64,000 nucleotides of DNA from Anaeromyxobacteraceae bacterium (lineage in GTDB: Bacteria > Myxococcota > Myxococcia > Myxococcales > Anaeromyxobacteraceae), in NCBI GenBank assembly GCA_032654565.1, contig JAULAX010000017.1, forward strand, positions 1-64,000. Reading direction: 5' to 3'. Made by a program: the position numbers and the translations under genes. Shown here in pieces: positions 42,490 to 53,080 of this stretch (the first letter of the stretch is position 1; each line of letters begins with the position of its first letter). The notes beneath the pieces are model-generated. The model worked only from the letters and a program-made list of their open reading frames with translations. It searched no databases and was not told where the DNA came from.

Positions 42490-42996
42490 TCAGTCGACGC
42501 GCACGGTAACGACGACGCGGCGATTCTGGGCGCGCCCTTCGGCTGTCGAGTTGTCGGCGATCGGCTTGTCGAAGCCGAGGCCTCGCCGCTCGATGCCCGA
42601 GGCCTGCATGCCGGACTGGGCCAGTTGCTGGGCAACCGACTCGGCGCGCCGCAGCGACAAGGCCTCGTTGAGCTTGGCCGGCCCGACGTTGTCGGTGTGC
42701 CCTTCGACGATCACGCGTTCGACGCCCACGCTCGAGAGCGTGCGCGCCACCTCGGCCAGCGCGACACGTCCGTCTTCCGACACTTCGTCGACGTTGGACT
42801 CGAACAGCAGCCTCACGCCGAGCTTGAGTTCCCAGGCGTCGGCCGCGGGTGTGAAGCCCAGTTTCTTCAGCGCCACCAGCTTCTGAGCGCGTGCATCGGG
42901 TGACGCCGGCGACGGGCTCTGGCAGCCCAGCAGCGCCACGACGAGACCGGCCATCACCAGGCGGCCTGCCCAAACCTTCGGGTACAACGTTCTCAC
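42490..42996 (-). CDS. yfiB: OmpA-family outer-membrane lipoprotein YfiB
   Basis: Lipobox ALLGC; VEGHTDNVG, N..LS..RA.SV, P.ADN.T.EGRAQNRRV; yfiRNB context. Confidence 0.88.
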   Translation of the reverse strand: MRTLYPKVWAGRLVMAGLVVALLGCQSPSPASPDARAQKLVALKKLGFTPAADAWELKLGVRLLFESNVDEVSEDGRVALAEVARTLSSVGVERVIVEGHTDNVGPAKLNEALSLRRAESVAQQLAQSGMQASGIERRGLGFDKPIADNSTAEGRAQNRRVVVTVRVD

Positions 42997-43005
42997 GGAC
43001 TGCTC

Positions 43006-44280
43006 CTAAGCGACCAGCGGCCGCACCTCGTCGTCGATGCGCGCCTCGAACACCTCGACCGACCCGCGCGAGCGGGCCTTCGCGCGGTACATCGCCGCGT
43101 CGGCCGCGGCCAGCCACTGCTCCAGGCTGCCGCCCGCCTCGGGCAGCATCGCCACACCGACGCTCGCGCTTGCCTCGAAGCGGCCGAACGCCGCACTGTC
43201 CATCGGTGCCCGGATGGCCGCGGCGATCCCCGCGGCGATGCGCTGGGCATCCTCTGCGGCGCGAATGGGCGACAGCAGCACGGCAAACTCGTCACCGCCC
43301 AGTCGTGCGACGAAGTCGCCATCGCGCAGCTTCGAGCGGATGCGGCGCGCCACCTGCACGAGCAACTCGTCGCCGGCGGCGTGGCCGAGTGCGTCGTTGA
43401 CTTCCTTGAACCGGTCGCAATCGAGGAACAGCAGCGCGCAGCCCTCGCCCGGCTCGCGCGGCGCCGTCACCAGCCGGCCGGCACGGTCGAGGAAGCTCGC
43501 GCGGTTGGGCAGGCCGGTGAGGTTGTCGTGGAAGGCCAGGTAGGACAGCGACTCGTTGACGGTGCGCAGCGTCTCGTGCTTGGCCACCAGGCTGGCCTCG
43601 CGGCTCTCGATCTCCGCGAGCAGCGCGTTGAAGTCCTCGCCGAGATCGTGGATCTCCTTGACCGTCGCGGCCGGCGCGCGCAGCGACAGTGCGCGTTCGG
43701 TGCGTGCGGTGCGCGTCAGCGCGGCCAGCCGATTCAGCGGCCAGACGATGTCGCGCTCGACGCGCCGCGACAGGCGGGCCACCAGCCAGGCATTGGCCGC
43801 GGTGCACACGGCGATCGCCGCCAGCACCTTGAGCAGGAACATCAGCGAACCGACGCCACGCCCCTGCACGTGCACCTCGCCGTAGGGCCGCCCTTCGTGG
43901 CTGATCTGTGCACGCGCTTCCTGCCCGAACAGCAACCCGGCCACGTTCGCCAGCACGGCATCCAGCAGCTCGCCGTTGCGCGCTGCGTAGGTCGCCAGCG
44001 GCCGCCCGCGGACGTCGACGATGCTCGCCGCACGCAGGCTTTCGCGCTCGCCGACGAGTTGCAGTACCTCCGTCGCCGCGACGGCGTCGCCGAACACGGC
44101 GGCGGCCTCGGCGGTGTAGGAAATCGATCGGGCCACCAGCGTCAGGTTCTGCTCGACCTGGCTGCGCAGCGTGAGGAAGGACACCAGCGTCAGCACCAGT
44201 CCGGCCGCGATCACCGCGGCCATGCCCAGGCGCAGGTGCGCGGCACGCAGGGTGTCGAGCAGCGGCTGGCGGGCGCTCAT
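43006..44280 (-). CDS. yfiN: Membrane diguanylate cyclase YfiN (periplasmic-HAMP-GGDEF)
   Basis: NL.LVARSISYT.EAA.VFGD; two TM; HAMP; HDNLTGLPNR; RDGD I-site; RLGGDEF; AD.AMY.AK. Confidence 0.9.
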   Translation of the reverse strand: MSARQPLLDTLRAAHLRLGMAAVIAAGLVLTLVSFLTLRSQVEQNLTLVARSISYTAEAAAVFGDAVAATEVLQLVGERESLRAASIVDVRGRPLATYAARNGELLDAVLANVAGLLFGQEARAQISHEGRPYGEVHVQGRGVGSLMFLLKVLAAIAVCTAANAWLVARLSRRVERDIVWPLNRLAALTRTARTERALSLRAPAATVKEIHDLGEDFNALLAEIESREASLVAKHETLRTVNESLSYLAFHDNLTGLPNRASFLDRAGRLVTAPREPGEGCALLFLDCDRFKEVNDALGHAAGDELLVQVARRIRSKLRDGDFVARLGGDEFAVLLSPIRAAEDAQRIAAGIAAAIRAPMDSAAFGRFEASASVGVAMLPEAGGSLEQWLAAADAAMYRAKARSRGSVEVFEARIDDEVRPLVA

Positions 44281-44867
44281 GACCCGCCTCCGGTCGCCCC
44301 GCGCGCGATGCGCAGCACCAGCGGGTTGACGCGCAGCCCGCTGCGGGAGATGGCGTCGAGGTTGGCATTGAAGCGCACCGTGCTCGCGCCGGGCTCGAGA
44401 CAGAACATGCCGCCGTCGCTGCAGAACTCGAGGCCCTCGCCGAGCAGCAGCACCGGCTGGCCGGCCAGCAGTTGAAGCAGGTCGCGGCCGGCTGCGGCGC
44501 CGATGCCCGACACATACACGGCCTGGCAGCCCTCGCGCGCCTGGGCGGCACTCGTGACCGGACGCACGGCGACGGCGCGCTGCGACGAGCCGATGTCCAC
44601 GGCCCGCAGCAACTCGTCGATGGATGGGCCGCGGCCCAGGGTGCACAAGCTGATGGCCGCGGAATCGCCGGGCCAGCGCGTGTAGCTGACGATGCCTGCG
44701 ACGACGCCTGCCACGGTCGCCCGCGGGGCGCTGGCCGGCTCGACGGCCTGTGCCCGGGCCGCCGCCAGCAGGCCGAGCAGGCCGCAGGCAGCCGCCAACC
44801 CGCGCATCGTGCGGCGGCAGCGACCGGCACGATGGCTCGGCCGGCAGGGCAGGAACTGCAGGGGCAT
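44277..44867 (-). CDS. yfiR: Periplasmic regulator YfiR
   Basis: V.GIVSYTRWP, LC, C..VY, C..GGMFCL, F..NLDAISRSGLRVNP.VL. Start may instead be 44807. Confidence 0.88.
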   Translation of the reverse strand: MPLQFLPCRPSHRAGRCRRTMRGLAAACGLLGLLAAARAQAVEPASAPRATVAGVVAGIVSYTRWPGDSAAISLCTLGRGPSIDELLRAVDIGSSQRAVAVRPVTSAAQAREGCQAVYVSGIGAAAGRDLLQLLAGQPVLLLGEGLEFCSDGGMFCLEPGASTVRFNANLDAISRSGLRVNPLVLRIARGATGGGS

Positions 44868-44961
44868 GAGCCAAGTATGGCGTCCGGCTCCCACCCGATC
44901 TGCGACGTTCTGTGCAACCTGCACAGAACTGCCGTGGCAGATTGCGCGCCGGCGGCCTGCG

Positions 44962-45954
44962 TCAGGGCAGCAGCACGCTGCACCCGGTCGTCTTGCGCGC
45001 TTCCAGGTCGCGGTGCGCCTGCGCCGCGTCTTTCAGCGCGTAGCGCTGGTCGATGCGGATCTTCACCGCACCGCTGAGTACCACGGCGAACAGGTCGTCG
45101 GCCATGGCCTGCGTCGACTCGCGCGTGGCGATGTGGGTGAACAGCGTGGGCCGCGTCACGTGCAGTGAGCCCTTGGCCGCGAGCATGCCCATCTCGATGG
45201 GCGGCACCTTGCCCGAGGCATTGCCGAAGTTCGCCGCCAGGCCGAAGGGCTGCAGGCAGTCGAACGAGCGCACGAAGGTGTCCTTGCCCACCGAGTCGTA
45301 GACCACCTTCAGTCCCTGGCCGCCGGTGATCTGCTTGACGCGCTCGACGAAATCTTCCTTCTGGTAGTTGATGGCGTGGGACGCACCGTGCTCCAGCGCG
45401 AGCCGGCATTTCTCGTCGCTGCCGGCCGTGCCGATCAGCCGCAGGCCGAGTGCCTTGGCCCATTGGCAGGCAATCAGGCCGACGCCGCCGGCCGCGGCGT
45501 GGAAGAGCACGAAGTCGCCTGCCTGCAGCCCGGCCTGCGGCAGCGTCTTCTTCAGCAGGTACTGCACCGTCAGGCCCTTGAGCATCATCGCCGCGCCGGT
45601 CTCGAAGGAGATCGCGTCTGGCAGTTTGCAGACGCACTTGGCCGGCATCACGCGCGCCTCGCTGTAGGCGCCCGGCGGCTGGCTCGCGTAGGCGGCGCGG
45701 TCGCCGGCCTTCAGGTGCGTGACACCCTCGCCCACCGCCTCGACCACACCGGCGCCTTCCATGCCCAGCGCCAACGGCAGCGGGTTGGCGTACAGGCCGG
45801 TGCGCTGGTAGACGTCGATGAAGTTCAGGCCGCAGGCATGGTGGCGGATGCGGATCTCGCCGGGGCCGGGGTCCCCCACCGTGATCTCGTCGAGCTGCAT
45901 GGCTTCGGGGCCGCCGTAGGCAGCAACGCGGATGGCTTTCACGGTCTGGGGCAT
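44962..45954 (-). CDS. qor: NADPH:quinone oxidoreductase (zeta-crystallin type)
   Basis: GLNFIDVY.RTGLY, LGMEGAG, MLKGLT, HAAAGGVG, VVYDSVGKDT, LEARKTTG. Confidence 0.92.
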   Translation of the reverse strand: MPQTVKAIRVAAYGGPEAMQLDEITVGDPGPGEIRIRHHACGLNFIDVYQRTGLYANPLPLALGMEGAGVVEAVGEGVTHLKAGDRAAYASQPPGAYSEARVMPAKCVCKLPDAISFETGAAMMLKGLTVQYLLKKTLPQAGLQAGDFVLFHAAAGGVGLIACQWAKALGLRLIGTAGSDEKCRLALEHGASHAINYQKEDFVERVKQITGGQGLKVVYDSVGKDTFVRSFDCLQPFGLAANFGNASGKVPPIEMGMLAAKGSLHVTRPTLFTHIATRESTQAMADDLFAVVLSGAVKIRIDQRYALKDAAQAHRDLEARKTTGCSVLLP

Positions 45955-46019
45955 CGGGGAGTCCTGGTCGGCTGGAACGCTGCGAATCCGCTATCGTGCC
46001 AGCCTTTGCACGCCGCTGC

Positions 46020-46328
46020 ATGCGCCGCCTGATCACCGCGCCCAACCTTGCCCTGGCCACGCTGTGGGCCGACATGCTGACCCACGCCGGCATCGCGGCG
46101 ACCGTGCAGCGCGCCTACGCCGGCAGCATCGCCGGCGAACTGCCGCCCGACCAGGCGCTGCCCGAGGTGTGGGTGACGGACGATGCGCAACTCGACGCCG
46201 CGCGCGTGCTGCTCGTGCAGTTGCGCCACCCGCCGCATCGTCATTGGGTCTGCCCGTCCTGCGGCGAGCGCATCGACGGGCCCTTCGACCAGTGCTGGAA
46301 CTGCGGCACCGACATGCCCACCTCATGA
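46020..46328 (+). CDS. DUF2007 domain protein with C-terminal zinc finger
   Basis: L..AGI, GELP....PEVWV; W.CPSCGE......DQCWNCG. Confidence 0.82.
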   Translation: MRRLITAPNLALATLWADMLTHAGIAATVQRAYAGSIAGELPPDQALPEVWVTDDAQLDAARVLLVQLRHPPHRHWVCPSCGERIDGPFDQCWNCGTDMPTS

Positions 46329-46346
46329 GCCCGTCGTGACCCCGCC

Positions 46347-47267
46347 ATGAACCACGCCCTGACGCCCCGCATCGCCTTCCTGCTGACCCTGCCGCCGCTG
46401 CTGTGGGCCGGCAACGCCGTGGTCGGCCGCGCGCTGGTGGGCAGCGTGCCGCCGCTGGCGCTCAACGCGATGCGCTGGTGGATCGCGCTCGTGCTGCTGC
46501 TGCCGCTGGGCTGGCGCGTGCTGCGTTATCCCGGCGACATGGCCGCGCGCTGGAAGCACTTCGCGCTGCTCGGCCTGCTCGGCGTGGGCAGCTACAACGC
46601 GCTGCAATACCTCGCGGTGCAGACCAGCACGCCGCTGAACGTGACGCTGATCGCCGCCAGCATGCCGGTGGGCATGATGCTCGTCGGGCTGGTCTTCTAT
46701 GGCGAGCGGCCGAGCGCGCGGCAGATCGCCGGCGCGCTGCTGTCGCTGCTCGGCGTGGCGATGGTGATCTCGCGCGGCAGCCTGGAGACGCTGCTGCACG
46801 TGAAGCTCGTGCCCGGCGACCTGCTGATGCTGCTGGCCGTGGCGCTGTGGGCCGGCTACAGCTGGATGCTGGCGCGGCCGCCTGCGTCGATGCGCGGCGA
46901 AGCCCGGCCGGCCTGGGGCTGGGCCGAGTTCCTGCTGGTGCAGGTGCTGTTCGGCAGCGTCTGGGCGACGCTGGCCGCGGGGGTCGAGATGCAGTTCGCG
47001 CCGGTGGCGATCCACTGGACACCGTGGGTGGTCGCCGCGCTGGCCTACGTGGCCATCGGCCCGTCGCTGATCGCCTACCGCGCCTGGGGGCTGGGCGTGT
47101 CCACCGTCGGGCCGGCCATCGCGGCCTTCTTCAGCAACCTCACGCCGGTGTTCGCCGGCGTGCTGTCGGCCGCGCTGCTCGGCGAGGCACCGAGCTGGTA
47201 CCACGCCGCCTCGTTCGTGCTGATCGCCGCGGGCATCGTCGTGTCGTCGATGCCGCGCAAGGCCTGA
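46347..47267 (+). CDS. DMT/EamA family transporter
   Basis: LWAGNAVVGR, YNALQYLA..T, G...GP..A..F.NLTPVF...L....LGE; ~10 TM. Confidence 0.9.
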   Translation: MNHALTPRIAFLLTLPPLLWAGNAVVGRALVGSVPPLALNAMRWWIALVLLLPLGWRVLRYPGDMAARWKHFALLGLLGVGSYNALQYLAVQTSTPLNVTLIAASMPVGMMLVGLVFYGERPSARQIAGALLSLLGVAMVISRGSLETLLHVKLVPGDLLMLLAVALWAGYSWMLARPPASMRGEARPAWGWAEFLLVQVLFGSVWATLAAGVEMQFAPVAIHWTPWVVAALAYVAIGPSLIAYRAWGLGVSTVGPAIAAFFSNLTPVFAGVLSAALLGEAPSWYHAASFVLIAAGIVVSSMPRKA

Positions 47268-48056
47268 TCAGAACGTGCCGGGGTAGGCCCCGCCGTCGAG
47301 CAGGATGTTCTGGCCGGTGAGGTAGCTCGCCTGCGCACTGCAGATGAAGGCGCAGAACGCACCGAACTCCGCCGAGGTGCCGAAGCGCCCGGCCGGCACG
47401 GTGGCGCGACGCTTCTCGAGCACCGCGTCGATGCTCTGGCCGCTCTTCGCCGCCAGGCCCTGCATCGTCGTGCGGATGCGGTCGGTGTCGAACACGCCGG
47501 GCAGCAGGTTGTTCACCGTCACGTTGGCCGAGGCCAGTCGCGGCTGGCGTGCCAGACCGGCGACAAAGCCGGTGAGCCCGCTGCGTGCGCCGTTGGACAG
47601 ACCGAGCACGTCGATCGGCGCCTTCACCGCGCCCGAGGTGATGTTGACCACGCGGCCGAAGCCGCGCGCCGCCATGCCGTCCACCGTGGCCTTGATCAGC
47701 TCGATGGGCGTGAGCATGTTGGCGTCCACCGCCTTGATCCAGGCCTCGCGGTCCCAGTCGCGGAAGTCGCCCGGCGGCGGCCCGCCGGCGTTGTTGACGA
47801 GGATGTCGACCTGCGGGCAGGCCGCGAGTGCCGCGGCGCGTGCGGCCGGCGTGGTGATGTCACCGGCGACCGCGATCACCTGCACCTTCGGGTACGCGGC
47901 GCGCAGTTCGGCGGCGGTGGCGTTCAACGCCTCCTCGCCGCGCGCGGTGATCACCACGTTCACGCCCTCGGCCGCCAGCGCCTGCGCGCAGCCCTTGCCG
48001 AGGCCCTTGCTGGCGGCGCACACCAGCGCCCAGCGTCCTGCGATGCCCAGATCCAT
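47268..48056 (-). CDS. SDR family oxidoreductase
   Basis: ALVCAASKGLG, DILVNNAGGPPPG, GRVVNITS, VTVNNLLPG, SYLTGQ.I..DGG. Confidence 0.9.
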   Translation of the reverse strand: MDLGIAGRWALVCAASKGLGKGCAQALAAEGVNVVITARGEEALNATAAELRAAYPKVQVIAVAGDITTPAARAAALAACPQVDILVNNAGGPPPGDFRDWDREAWIKAVDANMLTPIELIKATVDGMAARGFGRVVNITSGAVKAPIDVLGLSNGARSGLTGFVAGLARQPRLASANVTVNNLLPGVFDTDRIRTTMQGLAAKSGQSIDAVLEKRRATVPAGRFGTSAEFGAFCAFICSAQASYLTGQNILLDGGAYPGTF

Positions 48057-48088
48057 GTCTTGTCTCCTTCGAAGAATTCAGCGAGAAC

Positions 48089-49003
48089 TCAGCGCCAGCG
48101 CGCCAGCAGCCACACCCCGCCCAGCACCAGCAGCGTGCCGGCCGCCACCCAGACCGTGAACGGCTCGCCGAGCAGCAGCACACCCATCAGGATGGTCGAC
48201 ATCGGGCCGAGCATGCCGGTCTGCGCGGTGAGCGTGGAGCCGACGCGCTCGATGGCCATCATCACCATCAGCACCGGCGCGAAGGTGCACAGCGTGGCAT
48301 TGAGCACCGACAGCCAGATCACCGCCGGCGCCACCTCGGTGGCCGCCGAGATCGGCCGCAGGATCAGGAACTGCGCGATGCAGAACACGCAGGCCACGCT
48401 GGTCGCCAGGCCGGTCAGGCGCAGCGAGCCCAGGCGCTTGACCACCTCGCCGCTGTAGACGAGGTAGACCGCGTAGCTCAGCGCGCTGCCGAACACCAGC
48501 GCGGCGCCGAGCACCACGTCGGGCCCGGCGATCTGCAGCTCGTGGCCGAACACCAGCAGCACGCCGGCGTAGCTGACCGCCAGCGCGATCAGCTGCCGGC
48601 CGGTGGCGCGCCGACCGAACAGCAACCAGCCCAGCAGCAGCACCATGGTCGGGTTGAGGTAGAGCACCAGCCGCTCGAAGCTGGCTGACACGTAGGCCAG
48701 GCCGGCGAAGTCGAGGAAGCTCGCGAGGTAGTAGCCGCTGAAACCCAGGCCGAGCACGGCCAGCTGGTCGCGACGCTCCAGCGGCGGCTTGCCGCGGCCC
48801 GCCCACCACGCGAGCAGCACGAACAGCGGCATCGCGAACAGCATGCGGAACATGATCAGCGTGACCGCATCGACGCCGTGCCGATAGGCCAGCTTGACGA
48901 TGATGGCCTTGCCGGAGAAGGCGATCGCGCCCAGCGAGGCGAGCGCCAGGCCCGGCAGCACGGACGCGGGCGGAGTGTCGGCTGCGAGCGAGGGGGAGCT
49001 CAT
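48089..49003 (-). CDS. DMT/EamA family transporter
   Basis: FSGKAIIVKLAY, GYYLASFLDF.GL.Y..A..ERL.L..NPT, LLGEP. Confidence 0.9.
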   Translation of the reverse strand: MSSPSLAADTPPASVLPGLALASLGAIAFSGKAIIVKLAYRHGVDAVTLIMFRMLFAMPLFVLLAWWAGRGKPPLERRDQLAVLGLGFSGYYLASFLDFAGLAYVSASFERLVLYLNPTMVLLLGWLLFGRRATGRQLIALAVSYAGVLLVFGHELQIAGPDVVLGAALVFGSALSYAVYLVYSGEVVKRLGSLRLTGLATSVACVFCIAQFLILRPISAATEVAPAVIWLSVLNATLCTFAPVLMVMMAIERVGSTLTAQTGMLGPMSTILMGVLLLGEPFTVWVAAGTLLVLGGVWLLARWR

Positions 49004-49050
49004 GTCCCGAACGATTCTACGGGGCGCCCTCGCGGCGCGTTGCCGCAGGG

Positions 49051-49446
49051 TCAGCGGGGAATGACCGCGGTGACCTCGATCTCCACCTTGGCGCGGTCTT
49101 CCATCAGCGCGCTGACCTGCACCGCACTCATCGCCGCGTGATACACGCCGATCAGCTCGCGGAACACCGCGCCCACTTCGCGGCCGCGCGACAGGTACTC
49201 GCGCTTGTCGGTCACATACCAGGTCATGCGAACGATGTGCTCGGGCCTGGCGCCGGCCTCGGCGAGCACCGCCACGATGTTGGCCAGCGCCTGCCGCGTC
49301 TGCGCGACGAAGTCGTCGCTCTCGAAGCGGCACTGGCCGTTCCAGCCGATCTGGCCGGCGACGAACACCTGACGGCCTTCGGCGGCCACGCCGTTCGAAT
49401 AGCCCTTCGGCTTGTCCCAGGCGGCAGGTTGGAGAACTTGCATCAT
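49051..49446 (-). CDS. RidA/YjgF family protein
   Basis: PKGYSNG, VFVAGQIGW, Q..QAL.N, AKVEIEVTA. Confidence 0.9.
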   Translation of the reverse strand: MMQVLQPAAWDKPKGYSNGVAAEGRQVFVAGQIGWNGQCRFESDDFVAQTRQALANIVAVLAEAGARPEHIVRMTWYVTDKREYLSRGREVGAVFRELIGVYHAAMSAVQVSALMEDRAKVEIEVTAVIPR

Positions 49447-51062
49447 GTTCCTTGGCGAAGGCGGAAGCGCTGCAGCTTGCCGGTCTCGGTGCGCGGCAGC
49501 GCGGTGCGGAACTCGATGGCCCGCGGATACTTGTAGGGCGCGACGCTCTGCTTGACGAAGTCCTGCAGCTCGCGCACCAGCGTGTCGGACGGTTCGATGC
49601 CCGGGCGCAGCACGACGAAGGCCTTGACGATCTGGCCGCGCTCCGCGTCGGCCACGCCGATCACGCCGCATTCGGCCACCTTGGGGTGCAGCAGCAGCGT
49701 GCTCTCCACCTCGGGGCCGGCGATGTTGTAGCCGCCGCTGATGATCATGTCGTCGGTGCGCGCCTGGTAGACGAAGCAGCCGTCGGCGTCGACGAGGTAG
49801 GCGTCGCCGGTGAGGTTCCAGCCGTTCTGGACATACTGGCGCTGGCGGTCGTCGCCGCCGAAGGTCAGGTAGCGGCAGCCGGTCGGGCCCTTCACCGCCA
49901 GCCGCCCGACCTGGCCGCGCGGCAGCGGTTGGCCATCGTCGTCGAGCACGCAGGCCACGTAGCCCGGCACCACGGTGCCGGTGGCGCCCGGCTTCGCATG
50001 CGCCTCGTCGTGCGAGATGAAGATGTGCAGCAGCTCGGTGGAGCCGATGCCGTCGATCATCTCGATGCCGCTGGCGTCCTTCCAGAGCTGGCGCGTCGCC
50101 GCGGGCAGCGACTCGCCGGCGCTGACGCAGTGCTTCAGCGACGAGAGGTCGTGGCCGGCGAGCTGCGGCGCCATCGCGCGGTACGAGGTCGGCGCGGTGA
50201 AGCACACCGTCGCGCGGTACGACGCGATCGCCGCGGGCAGCGCGGTCGGCGAGGCGTTCTCCAGCAACACGGTCGATGCGCCCACCGACAGCGGGAACAG
50301 CAGCAGCCCGCCCAGGCCGAAGGTGAAGGCCAGCGGCGGGCTGCCGATGAACACGTCGTCGCGCGTGGGCCGCAGCACGTGCTTCGGCCAGCAGGCGCAG
50401 GCGGCCATCACGTCGCGGTGGAAGTGCATCGTGCCCTTGGGCTGGCCGGTGGTGCCCGAAGTGAAGGCGAGGATGCAGGTGTCGTCCTGCGCGGTCTTCA
50501 CGTTGTCGAAGCTCGATGGCTTGGCGGCAGCGCGAGCGTCGAGCTGGCCGGCGTCGGGCGAGTTGAAGTGCAGCACCTGCGTCAACGTCGGGCAGCCCGG
50601 TCGCGCCAGCGCGAGTTCCTCGGCCAGCCGTGCGTCGCACAGCGCGTGGCTGACCTGCGCCTTGACGACGATCTGCGTCAGCTCCTTGGCGCGCAGCAGC
50701 GGCATGCTGCCCACCGCGATGCCGCCTGCCTTGACGACGGCGAACCAGCAGGCAGCAAGCTTGGGCGAGTTGGCGCCGCGCAGCAGCACGCGGTTGCCGG
50801 GCACCAGACCCAGGTCCTCGACCAGCACGCGGGCGATGCGGTTCGCCTCGGCCTGCAACTCGGCATAGGTCCAGCGCACGCCATGGCCCTGGATGCACAG
50901 GCGATCACCCTGCCCGCTCGCGACCCAGCGATCGAGCAGCTCGCTCGCGCAGTTGAGCTGCGCGGGGAACTGCAGGTCCGGCGAGTCGAACAGGAACTCC
51001 GGCCACTGATCGCGCGGCGGCAGGTGGTCGGCGGCGAAGGTGTCCACATGCGCGGTCGTCAT
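49443..51062 (-). CDS. 2-aminobenzoate (anthranilate)-CoA ligase
   Basis: TAHVDTFA.D.LPP..QWP, FTSGTTGQPKG, DGIGSTE, TGDAY, RTDDMI, APYKYPR, TGKLQRF; operon context. Confidence 0.88.
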   Translation of the reverse strand: MTTAHVDTFAADHLPPRDQWPEFLFDSPDLQFPAQLNCASELLDRWVASGQGDRLCIQGHGVRWTYAELQAEANRIARVLVEDLGLVPGNRVLLRGANSPKLAACWFAVVKAGGIAVGSMPLLRAKELTQIVVKAQVSHALCDARLAEELALARPGCPTLTQVLHFNSPDAGQLDARAAAKPSSFDNVKTAQDDTCILAFTSGTTGQPKGTMHFHRDVMAACACWPKHVLRPTRDDVFIGSPPLAFTFGLGGLLLFPLSVGASTVLLENASPTALPAAIASYRATVCFTAPTSYRAMAPQLAGHDLSSLKHCVSAGESLPAATRQLWKDASGIEMIDGIGSTELLHIFISHDEAHAKPGATGTVVPGYVACVLDDDGQPLPRGQVGRLAVKGPTGCRYLTFGGDDRQRQYVQNGWNLTGDAYLVDADGCFVYQARTDDMIISGGYNIAGPEVESTLLLHPKVAECGVIGVADAERGQIVKAFVVLRPGIEPSDTLVRELQDFVKQSVAPYKYPRAIEFRTALPRTETGKLQRFRLRQGT

Positions 51063-51063
51063 G

Positions 51064-52224
51064 TCACCCCTCCTTGAGCAGGTCCTTGCCGATGATCAGC
51101 TGCTGCACCTCGGTCGCGCCTTCGTAGATGCGCAGCGAGCGGATCTCGCGGTACAGCGACTCGACCACGTTGCCGCTGACCACGCCGGCCCCGCCCCACA
51201 GCTGCACGGCGGCGTCGATGACCTGCTGCGCGCCTTCGGTGGCGGCCATCTTGGCCATCGCCGCTTCGCGGGTCACGTGGCGGCCCTGGTCGCGCTGCCA
51301 GGCGGCGCGGTAGGTGAGCAGCGCGGCGCTGTCGATGGTGGTGGCCATCTGCGCCAGCCTGGCCTGCGTGAGCTGGAAGTCCCCCAGCCGCTGGCCGAAC
51401 ATGGTCCGCGCCCTGGCCCGCTCCAGGCCCTCGTGCAGCGCACGCCGGCCGAAGCCCAGCGCGGCGGCCGCCACCGAGGTGCGGAACACGTCGAGCGTGC
51501 GCATGGCGATCTTGAAGCCCTCGCCGGGCGCGCCGATGCGGCTGGACTTGGGCACGCGGCAGGCGTCGAAGCGCAACCGTGCCAGCGGATGCGGTGCGAT
51601 CACGTCGATGCGCTGGGCGATCTCGAAGCCCGGCGTGCCGGCATCGACGATGAAGGCGGAGATGCCGCGCGAGCCCGGCGCTTCGCCGGTGCGCGCGAAC
51701 AGCACGTAGAAGTCGGCGATGCCGCCGTTGCTGATCCAGGTCTTCTCGCCGTCGATCACGTAGGCGTCGCCGTCGTCGTGGGCGTTGCACAGCATCGCCG
51801 CGACGTCGGAGCCGGCGCCGGGTTCGGACAGCGCGAAGGCCGCCAGCGCCTGGCCCGCCGCCACGCGCGGCAGGTAGCGTGCGCGCTGCTCGGGCGTGCC
51901 GGCCAGCGAGATCGCGCCCGAGCCCAGTCCCTGCATCGCGAAGGCGAAGTCCGCCAGGCCGTGGTGCCAGGCCAGCGTCTCGCGCAGCAGGCAGATCGTG
52001 CGCGTGTCGATCACCTCGCTCGCGCCGCCGTGCGCCGTGCCGGCCACCGCGTGGCGCAGCCAGCCGGCGGCACCGAGTTCGCGCACCAGGGCACGGCATA
52101 CCGCGTCGATGTCGGCGCCGTGGTCGCCGGCGTGCAGGTGGCGCGTGGCCCAGGCGCCGAGTTCCAGCGCCAGGCTGCGATGACGCGCCTCGAAGAAGGG
52201 CCAGTCGAGATGCTGCGTGTTCAT
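51064..52224 (-). CDS. Acyl-CoA dehydrogenase (anthraniloyl-CoA pathway)
   Basis: [48 protein letters not shown]. Confidence 0.9.
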   Translation of the reverse strand: MNTQHLDWPFFEARHRSLALELGAWATRHLHAGDHGADIDAVCRALVRELGAAGWLRHAVAGTAHGGASEVIDTRTICLLRETLAWHHGLADFAFAMQGLGSGAISLAGTPEQRARYLPRVAAGQALAAFALSEPGAGSDVAAMLCNAHDDGDAYVIDGEKTWISNGGIADFYVLFARTGEAPGSRGISAFIVDAGTPGFEIAQRIDVIAPHPLARLRFDACRVPKSSRIGAPGEGFKIAMRTLDVFRTSVAAAALGFGRRALHEGLERARARTMFGQRLGDFQLTQARLAQMATTIDSAALLTYRAAWQRDQGRHVTREAAMAKMAATEGAQQVIDAAVQLWGGAGVVSGNVVESLYREIRSLRIYEGATEVQQLIIGKDLLKEG

Positions 52225-52228
52225 CGCG

Positions 52229-53080
52229 TCAGTCCCCCTCGAACACCGGCTTCTGCTTCGCCACGAAGGCGTGGTACGCGCGGTGGAAGTCCTGCGTCAT
52301 CATGCAGATCGCCTGCGCCTGCGCCTCGGCTTCGATCGCCTCGTCCACGCCCATGGACCATTCCTGGTGCAGCATGCGCTTGGTCATCGCGTGGCCGAAG
52401 CTGGGGCCCGATGCGAGTTCGGCGGCCCAGTCGATCGCCGCCGCACTCACGGCCTCCGGCTCGACGACGCGGTTGTAGAAGCCCCAGGCCAGCGCCTCGT
52501 CGCCCGGCAGTGCGCGGCCGGTGTAGAGCAGCTCCGAGGCCCGCCCCTGGCCGATGAGCCGCGGCAGGATGCTGCAGGCGCCCATGTCGCAGCCGGCCAG
52601 GCCGACGCGCGTGAACAGGAACGCCACCTTGCTGCGCGAAGTACCCACACGCAGGTCGGAGGCCATCGCGACGATCGCGCCGGCGCCGGCACACACGCCG
52701 TCGATTGCCGCCACGACGGGCTGCGGGCAGGCGCGCATGGCCTTCACCAGGTCGCCGGTCATGCGCGTGAAGGCCAGGAGGTCCGGCATGCTCATCTTGG
52801 TGAGCGGGCCGATGATCTCGTGCACGTCGCCGCCGGAGCAGAAGTTGCCGCCGGCGCCCTGCACCACCACCGCGTGCACCTCGTCGGCATAGGCCAGGGT
52901 GCGGAACAGCTCGCGCAGCTCGGCGTAGGAGTCGAAGGTCAGCGGGTTCTTGCGCTCGGGCCGGTTCAGCGTGATCACGCCGACCTGGCGTTCCACCGCC
53001 CAGCCGAAATGCTGCGGCTTCAGGCCGGCCACGCTGCGGCGGTTGCCGGCGGCGAGGTGCGAATCGATCGGTCGGGTCAT
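52229..53080 (-). CDS. Enoyl-CoA hydratase/isomerase family protein
   Basis: [43 protein letters not shown]. Confidence 0.92.
   Translation of the reverse strand: MTRPIDSHLAAGNRRSVAGLKPQHFGWAVERQVGVITLNRPERKNPLTFDSYAELRELFRTLAYADEVHAVVVQGAGGNFCSGGDVHEIIGPLTKMSMPDLLAFTRMTGDLVKAMRACPQPVVAAIDGVCAGAGAIVAMASDLRVGTSRSKVAFLFTRVGLAGCDMGACSILPRLIGQGRASELLYTGRALPGDEALAWGFYNRVVEPEAVSAAAIDWAAELASGPSFGHAMTKRMLHQEWSMGVDEAIEAEAQAQAICMMTQDFHRAYHAFVAKQKPVFEGD

Noticed and set aside
42490..44867. yfiRNB as a novel system
   Set aside because: This is a well-characterised module with canonical order and motifs.
47268..48056. SDR as the missing dehydrogenase of the anthraniloyl-CoA operon
   Set aside because: It is separated by an EamA gene that has its own -10-like TAGAAT, and it looks like a widespread generic SDR; nothing supports the link.
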